From an uncultured Lentisphaeraceae bacterium (GTDB lineage Bacteria; Verrucomicrobiota; Kiritimatiellia; RFP12; UBA1067), in the NCBI GenBank assembly GCA_964567665.1, contig CAZMNN010000005.1, positions 13,752-77,751 on the forward strand: DNA of 64,000 nt, read 5' to 3'. Shown in pieces: positions 54,659 through 62,994 of this stretch. Under the pieces are notes generated by a model, which made no database searches, was not told the origin of the DNA, and saw nothing but the letters and a program-made list of their open reading frames with translations. The translations under genes and the position numbers were made by a program. Each line of letters starts with the position of its first letter. Position 1 is the stretch's first letter.

Positions 54659-55714
54659 ATGGCGGTCTCTGACGAAGTGTCTGTTGGAATCGTCGGGTGC
54701 GGCAGATGCACGACATTCGGGCATCTGCCGGCTCTCGCGAAGCTCAAGGGTATGTACCACATCGCCGCAGTGTGCGATGTGGTCAAGTCCAGGCGGGACT
54801 GCATCAGCGCAGAGTTTCCGGATGCGCGCCACTACCGCAGAATCGAGGACATGGTGGATGCGCCGGACATCAACCTTGTGCTGGTGGCGACGCCGACCCT
54901 TGAGCATGAAAGCATCGTCCTTGAATGTCTCAACCGTGGGCTGTGGACGGTGTGCGAGACGCCTGTCGCGGTGTCCCACGACGGGACACTTGTCCTTCGC
55001 GGGGCGTCCGTCAAGGTCGGCCGCAAGCTGATTGCGGCTACGCCGGCCCTCTTCTCGAACGAGTTCAGGCTCGCCATGATGGCGCGTTCGCTGCGCAAGA
55101 TAGGCAGGCTTTACGACATCCGCATCCGCAAATCGACCTATCAAAGGCGCATGGATTGGCAGGCGACGGCGAAGCGCGCTGGCGGGGCTGCGCATTTCGC
55201 CGCCCAGGAGCCGACGCTCCAGGCGCTCACGATACTTGGTGCGCCGCCCGTGCAGATGTGGAGCGAAACCAAGAAGCTTGTCGCGCTCGGCGATGCTGAG
55301 GACTACGTCCGTCTTCTGATGCGGACTGCGGACGGTGTGACGGCCGACATTGAGACCAACTCGGCCGTCGTGAGGACCGGCGAGCCTGAGATCATGCTTC
55401 GTGGCACACGCGGCTCGTTCTCCATATTCCCCGGAACGACGATAGGGCGCTATGCCATAATCGATCCGGCGCAGCACCTTCCGAACAAGCGCAGCAGCGT
55501 GGCGCTTCCGCCGCTTGAGGCGCAGACGGAAAACATACGCGTGGCGTATGACGAACTTGCGCTTCCCGATCCGATGCCGCCGTACGAGGCCTTCTGGAAG
55601 GCGGTGTACAGGACTGTCGTTCTCGGAGAGCAGTTCCCTGTGGATTTCGACCTTGTGGTCGAGATGTCACGGTACATCGGAATCGTCCGCAAGTCCATCC
55701 CGATCGCCATTTGA
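54659..55714 (+). CDS. Gfo/Idh/MocA-family NAD(P)-dependent oxidoreductase (cytoplasmic)
   Basis: VGIVGCGRCTTFGHLPAL Rossmann N-terminus and family-typical EHE region; starts 3 nt after the etfA-like stop. Confidence 0.65.
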   Translation: MAVSDEVSVGIVGCGRCTTFGHLPALAKLKGMYHIAAVCDVVKSRRDCISAEFPDARHYRRIEDMVDAPDINLVLVATPTLEHESIVLECLNRGLWTVCETPVAVSHDGTLVLRGASVKVGRKLIAATPALFSNEFRLAMMARSLRKIGRLYDIRIRKSTYQRRMDWQATAKRAGGAAHFAAQEPTLQALTILGAPPVQMWSETKKLVALGDAEDYVRLLMRTADGVTADIETNSAVVRTGEPEIMLRGTRGSFSIFPGTTIGRYAIIDPAQHLPNKRSSVALPPLEAQTENIRVAYDELALPDPMPPYEAFWKAVYRTVVLGEQFPVDFDLVVEMSRYIGIVRKSIPIAI

Positions 55715-55767
55715 GGCATCCAGCCTTGGGACGGTCTTCGCCGATGTGCCGTCAAGCGGATTTTGCA

Positions 55768-55796
55768 TTGCGTTTCGGATTGCGAAATGATATAAT
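55768..55796 (+). promoter_or_regulatory. promoter TTGCGT-N17-TATAAT with TG extension upstream of rpmH
   Basis: -35 at 55768-55773, -10 at 55791-55796, about 38 nt before ATG 55835. Confidence 0.5.
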
Positions 55797-55834
55797 TTCA
55801 ACTCAATTTTTTTGAAGACGAAAGGAACAAAGAC

Positions 55835-55972
55835 ATGAAGATGATGTGGCAGCCCTCGAAGGTTAAACGTGCACGCAAGATTGGATTCCGCGCCCGCAAG
55901 GCGACGAAGGGCGGACGCAAGGTCTTGGCTGCTCGCCGTGCGAAGGGGCGCAAGCGCCTGACGCAGGTCTGA
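55835..55972 (+). CDS. rpmH: 50S ribosomal protein L34
   Basis: [45 protein letters not shown] matches the L34 consensus; absent from the ORF track because only 45 codons. Confidence 0.85.
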   Translation: MKMMWQPSKVKRARKIGFRARKATKGGRKVLAARRAKGRKRLTQV

Positions 55973-55983
55973 GGGACGATGTA

Positions 55984-56301
55984 ATGTCTACGCGGCTTCC
56001 CGGCGCGAAGTACAAGAGCGTCTTCGGTTCGGGGCGCGTCCTTAAGGGGCGTCTTATGTCCGCGTGGGTGCTTAGGCATCCTGACGCCGGCCGAAAAGCC
56101 GGCGTTGTCGTTTCCAAGAAGAGCTTCCACGACGCCGTCGACCGCAATCGCGCAAAGCGGCTCATGCGTGAGGCGTTTCGGCTTTTGGCCGACAAGGTGC
56201 CGCCGGACAGCGATTGGGTGCTTGTCGGAAGGTCAAGTCTTCGCGGCCGCAAGGTGCAGGACGTCGTGGCCGAACTGAGGTGGATGTGCGGACGCTTCTG
56301 A
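55984..56301 (+). CDS. rnpA: ribonuclease P protein component
   Basis: Basic 105-aa protein with the RnpA pattern directly after rpmH. Confidence 0.8.
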   Translation: MSTRLPGAKYKSVFGSGRVLKGRLMSAWVLRHPDAGRKAGVVVSKKSFHDAVDRNRAKRLMREAFRLLADKVPPDSDWVLVGRSSLRGRKVQDVVAELRWMCGRF

Positions 56302-56528
56302 TACTTGCGGTTCGCGCCTATCAGGTGACGCTGAGTCCTCTCTTTTCGGGATGCTGCCGGTTCGAGCCGAGCTGCTCAAACTACATGATAGAGGCTCTGC
56401 GGATCCACGGCGCGTTCAAGGGGACGATACTTGGCGCATGGCGGGTGTTGAGGTGCCATCCGTTCGGCAGGAGCGGATACGATCCGGTGCCGCCGAAGGG
56501 AAGATGGAAATCATTTGTTGAAGGTTGA
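56280..56528 (+). CDS. yidD: membrane protein insertion efficiency factor YidD
   Basis: YQVTLSPL...CRFEPSCSNYMIEAL...GAWRVLRCHPFGRSGYDPVP motif; GTG start overlapping rnpA 3-prime end. Confidence 0.7.
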   Translation: MDVRTLLILAVRAYQVTLSPLFSGCCRFEPSCSNYMIEALRIHGAFKGTILGAWRVLRCHPFGRSGYDPVPPKGRWKSFVEG

Positions 56529-56537
56529 TTCAGAGAG

Positions 56538-58316
56538 ATGAACAAGCAGGAAAAGTTTATTGCGGTTCTGCTCGGCCTGTGTCTGGCCGGGTGGCTTTGG
56601 TATTCGGTTGATCAGCAGAGAAAGGCCGCCGCGGCCAATCGCGAAGCGATGGCGCAGGCAGCGGCGGCCGCAGCGGACAGGCCGGCGGAGGCGACGCCGA
56701 AGGCCGGTGCGGTTCAAGCGGAAAAGACTTCAGTGCAGAACGATGCCTCCGTGCAGAGCCAGGATGCGAACGCTGTCGGCGGAAAGGCGGCGAAGCGTTT
56801 CGTCTACGCAACGCCGGAGAGGTTTGTGACGCTCTCTAACGCGCAGGAGGTGGTCGTCCTCAGCACACACGGCGCGGCGGTCAAGAGCGTCACGCTGCTT
56901 GGCTATGCGCAGAACTGCGGAGCGGTCTCTCCGGACAATCCGCCGGTCGTGCTTGATTTTGAGGAGAATCCCGCGCTTGCCTCGGGCGAAGACTTCGAGG
57001 TTGTCGAATCTGGCGCCGATCACGTTCTCTTTCGCGGTGCGACGATGGAGCGCAAGGTGACGCTCTGCGGCGACTACGGAATTGCGGTCAGCGAGAAGTC
57101 CGTCGCATCGAACGCCCTGCCCGCATCCGTTTCGATCGGTGTGATGTCCATGGGTGCCGGCGACAACGACCTTCTCTCCGTCGATGCTTGGGCGCATGAT
57201 CCGAACGGCGGCAAGGTGATGCACTATGGCGAGGAGGAGCCGCTCAAGAGCTATCTCGTTTCGTCCGCCGGCGGATGCTCAGGCAAGAAGAGCGCGGCGG
57301 GTCTGCCCATAACGAGCGAAGTGCCGGTTCCCGGCGCCTGCACGTGGGTGGCGGTAAAGAACCGTTTCTTCGTCACGGCGATATGCGGCATGAGCGGTGC
57401 GGCCAAGGGGTTCACCGCATCGATGACGCGAGACGGCGACGTGCAGGACTATTCGCTGAAGAGCGTTTCTGCGAGCGTGGATCTGGGCGAGGCCGCCGGC
57501 GAGCGCTCCTACACCTTCTACGCCGGGCCGAAGAAGCAGACGCTTCTGTGGAATCTCGGCATGAAGGACGTAATGGAGTTCGGAATGTGGCGCTGGGTCT
57601 GCTATCCGCTCGTGTGGATACTGAACGTGTTCCATTCGTGGATTCCGAGCTTCGGCGTCGGCATCATACTTCTCACCGTCCTGGTGCGTCTCGTCTTCTG
57701 GCCGCTGACGCACAAGTCGACCATCTCCATGCGCCGCATGAGTGAGCTTCAGCCGAAGATGAAGGAGCTGCGCGAGAGGTTCAAGGACAACCCCCAGCGG
57801 CTCCAGCAGGAGACGTGGGCGCTGTATCGCGACAACAAGGTGAACCCGATGGCGAGCTGCCTTCCGATGCTCGTCCAGATACCGGTGTTCATTGCGCTTT
57901 TCACAGTGCTCCGCTCGGCCGTGGAGCTTCGCTATGCGCCGTTCCTCTGGATTGCCGACCTTTCCGAGCCTGAAAACCTTTTCCCGAACATATTCCCGTT
58001 CGGCGGCCTCAACATACTGCCCATTCTCATGGCCGTCACCATGGCGCTGCAGTCTGCGCTTACGCCGTCTACCGGCGACAAGCAGCAGCAGCGCATGATG
58101 ATGGTGATGATGCCGGTGATGATGCTTGTGATGTTCTATTCGTTCCCGTCCGCGCTGTCGCTGTACTGGACGCTCAGTCAGGTGCTTTCGATCGCGCAGA
58201 TGTGGTACATACGCAAGAGGTACACCCCCGCGCCGGTCGCTGCATCGGGAGATACGGTCGAGGCGACGGTCGTAACGCGCCAGATGAGACGCCACGGCGG
58301 CCATGACGCGAACTGA
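56538..58316 (+). CDS. yidC: membrane protein insertase YidC
   Basis: N-terminal TM, large periplasmic domain, C-terminal 60KD_IMP core (PKMKELRERFKDNPQRLQQE, CLPMLVQIPVFIALF). Confidence 0.85.
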   Translation: MNKQEKFIAVLLGLCLAGWLWYSVDQQRKAAAANREAMAQAAAAAADRPAEATPKAGAVQAEKTSVQNDASVQSQDANAVGGKAAKRFVYATPERFVTLSNAQEVVVLSTHGAAVKSVTLLGYAQNCGAVSPDNPPVVLDFEENPALASGEDFEVVESGADHVLFRGATMERKVTLCGDYGIAVSEKSVASNALPASVSIGVMSMGAGDNDLLSVDAWAHDPNGGKVMHYGEEEPLKSYLVSSAGGCSGKKSAAGLPITSEVPVPGACTWVAVKNRFFVTAICGMSGAAKGFTASMTRDGDVQDYSLKSVSASVDLGEAAGERSYTFYAGPKKQTLLWNLGMKDVMEFGMWRWVCYPLVWILNVFHSWIPSFGVGIILLTVLVRLVFWPLTHKSTISMRRMSELQPKMKELRERFKDNPQRLQQETWALYRDNKVNPMASCLPMLVQIPVFIALFTVLRSAVELRYAPFLWIADLSEPENLFPNIFPFGGLNILPILMAVTMALQSALTPSTGDKQQQRMMMVMMPVMMLVMFYSFPSALSLYWTLSQVLSIAQMWYIRKRYTPAPVAASGDTVEATVVTRQMRRHGGHDAN

Positions 58317-58344
58317 GGGAATTTGAGTTCATCACAGAGAGGAG

Positions 58345-61300
58345 ATGTCCAAGATGTTCAAGCCGGTTTCAAACAAGGTCGCATTTCCGAAGATGGAGGA
58401 GTATGTTCTTGCGTTCTGGGAGAAGGACGGAACGTTCAAGAAGTCTTTGGCGAAGAACGAGGGTGGCGAACGCTACAAGTTCTATGACGGCCCTCCGTTC
58501 GCCACCGGTCTGCCGCACTACGGACATCTTCTCGCCGGCACGATCAAGGACATAGTGCCGCGCTACCAGACGATGCGCGGCAAGTACGTGGAGCGCCGCT
58601 TCGGCTGGGATACGCACGGCCTTCCGATAGAGGCGCTCGCGCAGGATGCGCTCGGCGTCGCCGGCGTTCCGGAGATCAAGGCGCTCGGTGTGGACAAGTT
58701 CAACGAGCAGTGCCGCTCCATGGTGCTCAAGTACGTGGGCGAATGGCGCAGAACCGTCACGCGCATGGGTCGTTGGGTCGATTTCGACAACGACTACAAG
58801 ACCATGGAGCCGGAGTTCATGGAGACGATCTGGTGGGTGTTCAAGCAGCTGTGGAACCAGAACCGCGTCTACAGAAGCCACCGCATTATGCCGTACTCCT
58901 GGAAGCTCTCCACTCCGCTCTCGAACTTCGAGGCCGGAAGCAACTACAAGGACATCCAGGCGCAGACGGTGACTGTGCGCACGAAGGCGCTTTCGGCGGA
59001 GAGCGATGAGATGAAGGCTCTGCTCGCTGCCGAGCCTACGGTCTATCTTCTCATCTGGACGACTACGCCGTGGACGCTTCCTGAAAACCTCATGATGTGC
59101 GTCGGCGCCGACATCGACTACGTGGCGGTGCGGGATCTCACGGACGATGCGCGGCCAGTGTATCTGCTGGCCGAGGCGCGTCTGCAGCACGTCTTCAAGA
59201 AGCCGGAGCAGTATGAGATCGTCGCGAAGTGCAAGGGTTCGGCGCTGAAGGGGATGTCGTACGAGCCTATCTTCCCGTACTATGCGGACAAGAAGGCGGA
59301 AGGTGCGTTCCGGGTGCTCAACGACGGCTACGTCTCCACATCCGACGGCGTCGGCATCGTCCACATCGCCCCGGCATACGGCGAAGACGACTTCCGCGTA
59401 TGCCAGGAGGCCGGGCTGAAGGCGTTCGCCGATCCGTTAGACGCATCCTGCAGGTTCACCGCCGAGATTCCGGAGTATGAAGGCCGGTTCTGCATGGACT
59501 GCGACAAGGACATCATCCGCCGCCTGAAGGCCGAGGGCAAGCTTGTCCATCAGGCTACCATCGTCCATGCCTATCCGTTCTGCGACCGTACCGACACGCC
59601 GCTCGTGTACCGTGCGATCGACGCCTGGTACGTGCGCGTCGAAGACCTCCATGACAGGCTGTCGGCCAACAACGCAAAAGTCCACTGGACGCCAGACTAC
59701 GTGGGCGAAAAGCGTTTCGGCAACTGGCTCAAGGACGCCCGCGACTGGAACATCTCGCGCAACCGCTTCTGGGGCAGCTGCATACCGGTGTGGATAAACG
59801 ACGAAGATCCGCAGGACATGATATGCGTCGGATCCGTCAAGGAGCTTGAGGAGCTTTCCGGCGAGAAGGTGACCGATCTGCACAAGCACTTCATCGACAG
59901 GATTGCGATCCGCAAGGACGGCAAGACATACCACCGCACCCCTGAGGTGCTTGACTGCTGGTTCGAGTCCGGCTCGATGCCGTATGCGCAGCAGCACTAC
60001 ATGGGCGGTGCGGACGGAAAGCCGGATCTGCAGGGCTTTGCCGACCATTTCCCTGCGGACTTCATCGCGGAGGGGCTTGACCAGACACGCGGCTGGTTCT
60101 ACACGCTCATGCTCCTCGGAACGATGCTCTTCGGCGAATCCCCGTACAAGAACGTGGTCGTAAACGGTCTCGTCCTCGCGGAGGACGGCAAGAAGATGTC
60201 CAAGCGCCTGAAGAACTATCCCGATCCGACGAAGATGCTTGACACCTACGGCGCGGATGCGATACGCCTTTACATGATCTATTCGCCGGTCGTACGCGCC
60301 GAGAACCTGAAGTTCTCGGAGAACGGCGTGAAGCAGATCATGCGCGATCTCCTGATTCCGTGGTGGAATGCGTATTCGTTCTTCGTAACCTATGCAAACG
60401 TAGACGGGTTCAGCGACGCAGAGGTCGCGTATCCCGAATCGGAGAATGTGCTGGACAGGTGGATCGTGTCGTCGATGGAGACGTTGATCGCGGACGTGAC
60501 GGCGGCGATGGACGCCTACGACCTGCAGAGGTCGGTGCGTCCTTTCGTCAAGTTTGTGGAGGATCTGACGAACTGGTACATCCGCCGGTCCCGCCGGCGC
60601 TTCTGGAAGTCGCAGAACGACGGCGACAAGATCTGCGCGTACCGTACGCTTCGCTACGTGCTTGTGCAGCTGGCGAAGGTCGCCGCGCCGTTCACGCCGT
60701 TCATCGCGGAGGAGATATACCGCAACCTGAAGGGCGAGAGCGATCCGGAGTCCGTCCACCTCTGCGACTTCCCGTCGGCGAACGCCGCCGCCCGCGACCT
60801 TGCGCTCGAAAGGCGCATGGCGGACGTGCAGGTCGCTGTCGAGCTTGGCCGCCGTCTCCGCGCAGACAACGACCTGAAGGTGCGTCAGCCGCTTTCCGTC
60901 CTCAAGATCGCCGGTGGCGACGTGGCCGGACTTGAAAGCCTGATAGAGGATGAGCTGAACGTCAAGTCGGTGATGTTTGTGCAGGACGAAACGGATCTGT
61001 GCGACATATCCTGCAAGGCCAACTTCAAGACGCTCGGCAGGAAGTGCGGGCCGAAGATGAAAGCCGTCGCCGCCGCGATTGCGTCCGGCGCATCCGGTGT
61101 TGCGGCTCTCCATGCGAACGGGGCGCAGACCGCCCCAGTCGTCATTGAGGGGATCGAGATCACCGCCGAGGATGTGCTTGTCACGCGGACGCCGAAGGCG
61201 GGGCTTGTCGTTGCGTCGCAGGGCGCGGTCGTCGTGGGGCTTGAGACTGCGCTCACGCCTGAGCTTGTAGCAGAGGGGCTTGCCCGCGAGTTCGTGTCGC

Positions 61301-61515
61301 GTGTCCAGGCCATGCGCAAGGAGGCGGACTTCGAGGTCACGCAGCGCATAGAGGTGCGTGTCGCGTGCGACGGCGAGATGAAGTCGGCTCTTGAGGCTCA
61401 CCGCGACTACGTGATGAACGAGACGCTTGCCGTCGCACTCGCCTTCGACGGCGCGGACGGTGCGTCCGTAGACCTGAACGGCCATGCGACGAAAATCGCC
61501 GTCACGAAGGCCTGA
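58345..61515 (+). CDS. ileS: isoleucyl-tRNA synthetase, type 2 (eukaryote/archaea-like)
   Basis: PPFATGLPHYGHLL HIGH motif and KMSKRL motif; 1056 aa. Confidence 0.9.
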   Translation: MSKMFKPVSNKVAFPKMEEYVLAFWEKDGTFKKSLAKNEGGERYKFYDGPPFATGLPHYGHLLAGTIKDIVPRYQTMRGKYVERRFGWDTHGLPIEALAQDALGVAGVPEIKALGVDKFNEQCRSMVLKYVGEWRRTVTRMGRWVDFDNDYKTMEPEFMETIWWVFKQLWNQNRVYRSHRIMPYSWKLSTPLSNFEAGSNYKDIQAQTVTVRTKALSAESDEMKALLAAEPTVYLLIWTTTPWTLPENLMMCVGADIDYVAVRDLTDDARPVYLLAEARLQHVFKKPEQYEIVAKCKGSALKGMSYEPIFPYYADKKAEGAFRVLNDGYVSTSDGVGIVHIAPAYGEDDFRVCQEAGLKAFADPLDASCRFTAEIPEYEGRFCMDCDKDIIRRLKAEGKLVHQATIVHAYPFCDRTDTPLVYRAIDAWYVRVEDLHDRLSANNAKVHWTPDYVGEKRFGNWLKDARDWNISRNRFWGSCIPVWINDEDPQDMICVGSVKELEELSGEKVTDLHKHFIDRIAIRKDGKTYHRTPEVLDCWFESGSMPYAQQHYMGGADGKPDLQGFADHFPADFIAEGLDQTRGWFYTLMLLGTMLFGESPYKNVVVNGLVLAEDGKKMSKRLKNYPDPTKMLDTYGADAIRLYMIYSPVVRAENLKFSENGVKQIMRDLLIPWWNAYSFFVTYANVDGFSDAEVAYPESENVLDRWIVSSMETLIADVTAAMDAYDLQRSVRPFVKFVEDLTNWYIRRSRRRFWKSQNDGDKICAYRTLRYVLVQLAKVAAPFTPFIAEEIYRNLKGESDPESVHLCDFPSANAAARDLALERRMADVQVAVELGRRLRADNDLKVRQPLSVLKIAGGDVAGLESLIEDELNVKSVMFVQDETDLCDISCKANFKTLGRKCGPKMKAVAAAIASGASGVAALHANGAQTAPVVIEGIEITAEDVLVTRTPKAGLVVASQGAVVVGLETALTPELVAEGLAREFVSRVQAMRKEADFEVTQRIEVRVACDGEMKSALEAHRDYVMNETLAVALAFDGADGASVDLNGHATKIAVTKA

Positions 61516-61544
61516 TTGCGCCGAAGTCTCCGCCGGATGATTTG

Positions 61545-61553
61545 TGATATAAT
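61545..61553 (+). promoter_or_regulatory. extended -10 box TGATATAAT upstream of ilvE
   Basis: Exact match about 28 nt before ATG 61581. Confidence 0.45.
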
Positions 61554-61580
61554 CCGCGAACTGAAAGAAGGTTGTAAACA

Positions 61581-62597
61581 ATGCCAAACATTGACTGGAA
61601 AAATCTTGGATTCGGCTTCTCGGACGTGAACTGCCACGTTCGCTACGTCTGGAAGGACGGCGCGTGGGGCGAAGCCCAGTTCGTGAAGGATCCTTACATA
61701 ACGATGCACATCGGGGCAAGCTGCCTCCACTACGGGCAGGAGTGCTTTGAGGGGATGAAGGCTTTCCGCCAGAAGGATGGCAAGGTCGTGATATTCCGTC
61801 CTGACGAGAACGCCAGGCGGATGGCCCGCACCGCAGTGCGCACCGTAATGCCGCCGGTGCCGGAGGAGATGTTCATCGACGCCGCCGAAAAGGTCGTAAA
61901 GGCCAACATCGAGTTTGTGCCGCCGTACGGAACCGGCGGATCGCTCTATCTGCGTCCGCTTCTCATCGGCACTGGTCCGCAGATCGGCGTCGCGCCGGCG
62001 AAGGAGTACACCTTCATGATCATGGTGATGCCGGTTGGAGCGTACTACAAGGGCGGACTCAAGCCCGTCCGCGCTGTGATCCTCGACGACTGGGATCGCG
62101 CCGCGCCGCATGGCATGGGAGACGTGAAGGTCGGAGGAAACTACGCCGCTTCGCTCTTCGCCCATGAGAAGGCGAAGCATGACGGCTGGCCGGTGGAGCT
62201 GTATCTCGACGCAAAGGAGCACAAGTACGTTGAGGAGTTCTCCACATCGAACTTCATCGGCATAAAGGCCGACGGGACGTATGTCACCCCCGACAGCCAT
62301 TCCGTGCTGCCGTCTGTCACAAACATGTCACTGAAGCAGTGCGCCGCCGATCTTGGATGGAAGGTGGAGTGCCGTCAGGTTCCGTACGAGGAGATACGCG
62401 AGTTTGCGGAGGTCGCCGCGTGCGGCACGGCCGTGGTTGTGACGCCCGTATGGGAGATAACGCGGGGCGAAGAGGTAATCAAGATCAGCGAGCCGGACGC
62501 AGTCGGGTCGCACCTCCAGCAGCTTTTCGACATGGTGCAGGGCATCCAGTACGGTGTGCTGCCTGATGCGCATGGCTGGTGCCACGAGGTGAAGTAG
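61581..62597 (+). CDS. ilvE: branched-chain amino acid aminotransferase (class IV)
   Basis: LHYGQECFEGMKAF, ERNARRM-like, GTGGSLYLRP, EVAACGTAVVVTPV. Confidence 0.85.
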   Translation: MPNIDWKNLGFGFSDVNCHVRYVWKDGAWGEAQFVKDPYITMHIGASCLHYGQECFEGMKAFRQKDGKVVIFRPDENARRMARTAVRTVMPPVPEEMFIDAAEKVVKANIEFVPPYGTGGSLYLRPLLIGTGPQIGVAPAKEYTFMIMVMPVGAYYKGGLKPVRAVILDDWDRAAPHGMGDVKVGGNYAASLFAHEKAKHDGWPVELYLDAKEHKYVEEFSTSNFIGIKADGTYVTPDSHSVLPSVTNMSLKQCAADLGWKVECRQVPYEEIREFAEVAACGTAVVVTPVWEITRGEEVIKISEPDAVGSHLQQLFDMVQGIQYGVLPDAHGWCHEVK

Positions 62598-62601
62598 CCC
62601 G

Positions 62602-62994
62602 ATGGCCGAGGAGACGGTGTCCGTGGCGGCGCTTGCCGAAGAGCGCCTCAAGCTCGAACGCGAAGCGTTTGAGCTTGAGCGGAGCCGTCTCGAATCCGCA
62701 CGTGCAAGGGCTGAAGCGGAGCTTAAGGCCGCACGTGCGGGTCATCCGTTCCTCGTGTATGCGTCCGTCGCGCTGCTTGCGCTCGCGTCCTTCTCCGGCG
62801 GTATGTTGCTGGGCGTCTCCGTGAACGAAGGACGCCATCAGCGGCAGCGCGAAGCTCGTCTCAGGGATGCGCTTTCGCAGCTCGGCGGATTGACGGACGT
62901 GGCTGATGCCGCTGCGACGACAAATGCCGTATCGGTCAGGTCTGGTCAGAAGATCATGCAGGGGCGAAGCGTCTCCGTGGTTGTTCTCCAATGA
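62602..62994 (+). CDS. hypothetical membrane protein (coiled-coil N-terminus plus one TM helix)
   Basis: Starts 5 nt after ilvE; ATGA overlap with the downstream BatD-like gene. Confidence 0.35.
   Translation: MAEETVSVAALAEERLKLEREAFELERSRLESARARAEAELKAARAGHPFLVYASVALLALASFSGGMLLGVSVNEGRHQRQREARLRDALSQLGGLTDVADAAATTNAVSVRSGQKIMQGRSVSVVVLQ

Noticed and set aside
55715-55834. Possible oriC next to rpmH-rnpA-yidD-yidC
   Set aside because: No dnaA gene is adjacent, no cluster of DnaA boxes (TTATCCACA-like) is visible in the flanking intergenic DNA, and the upstream gene is an ordinary oxidoreductase.
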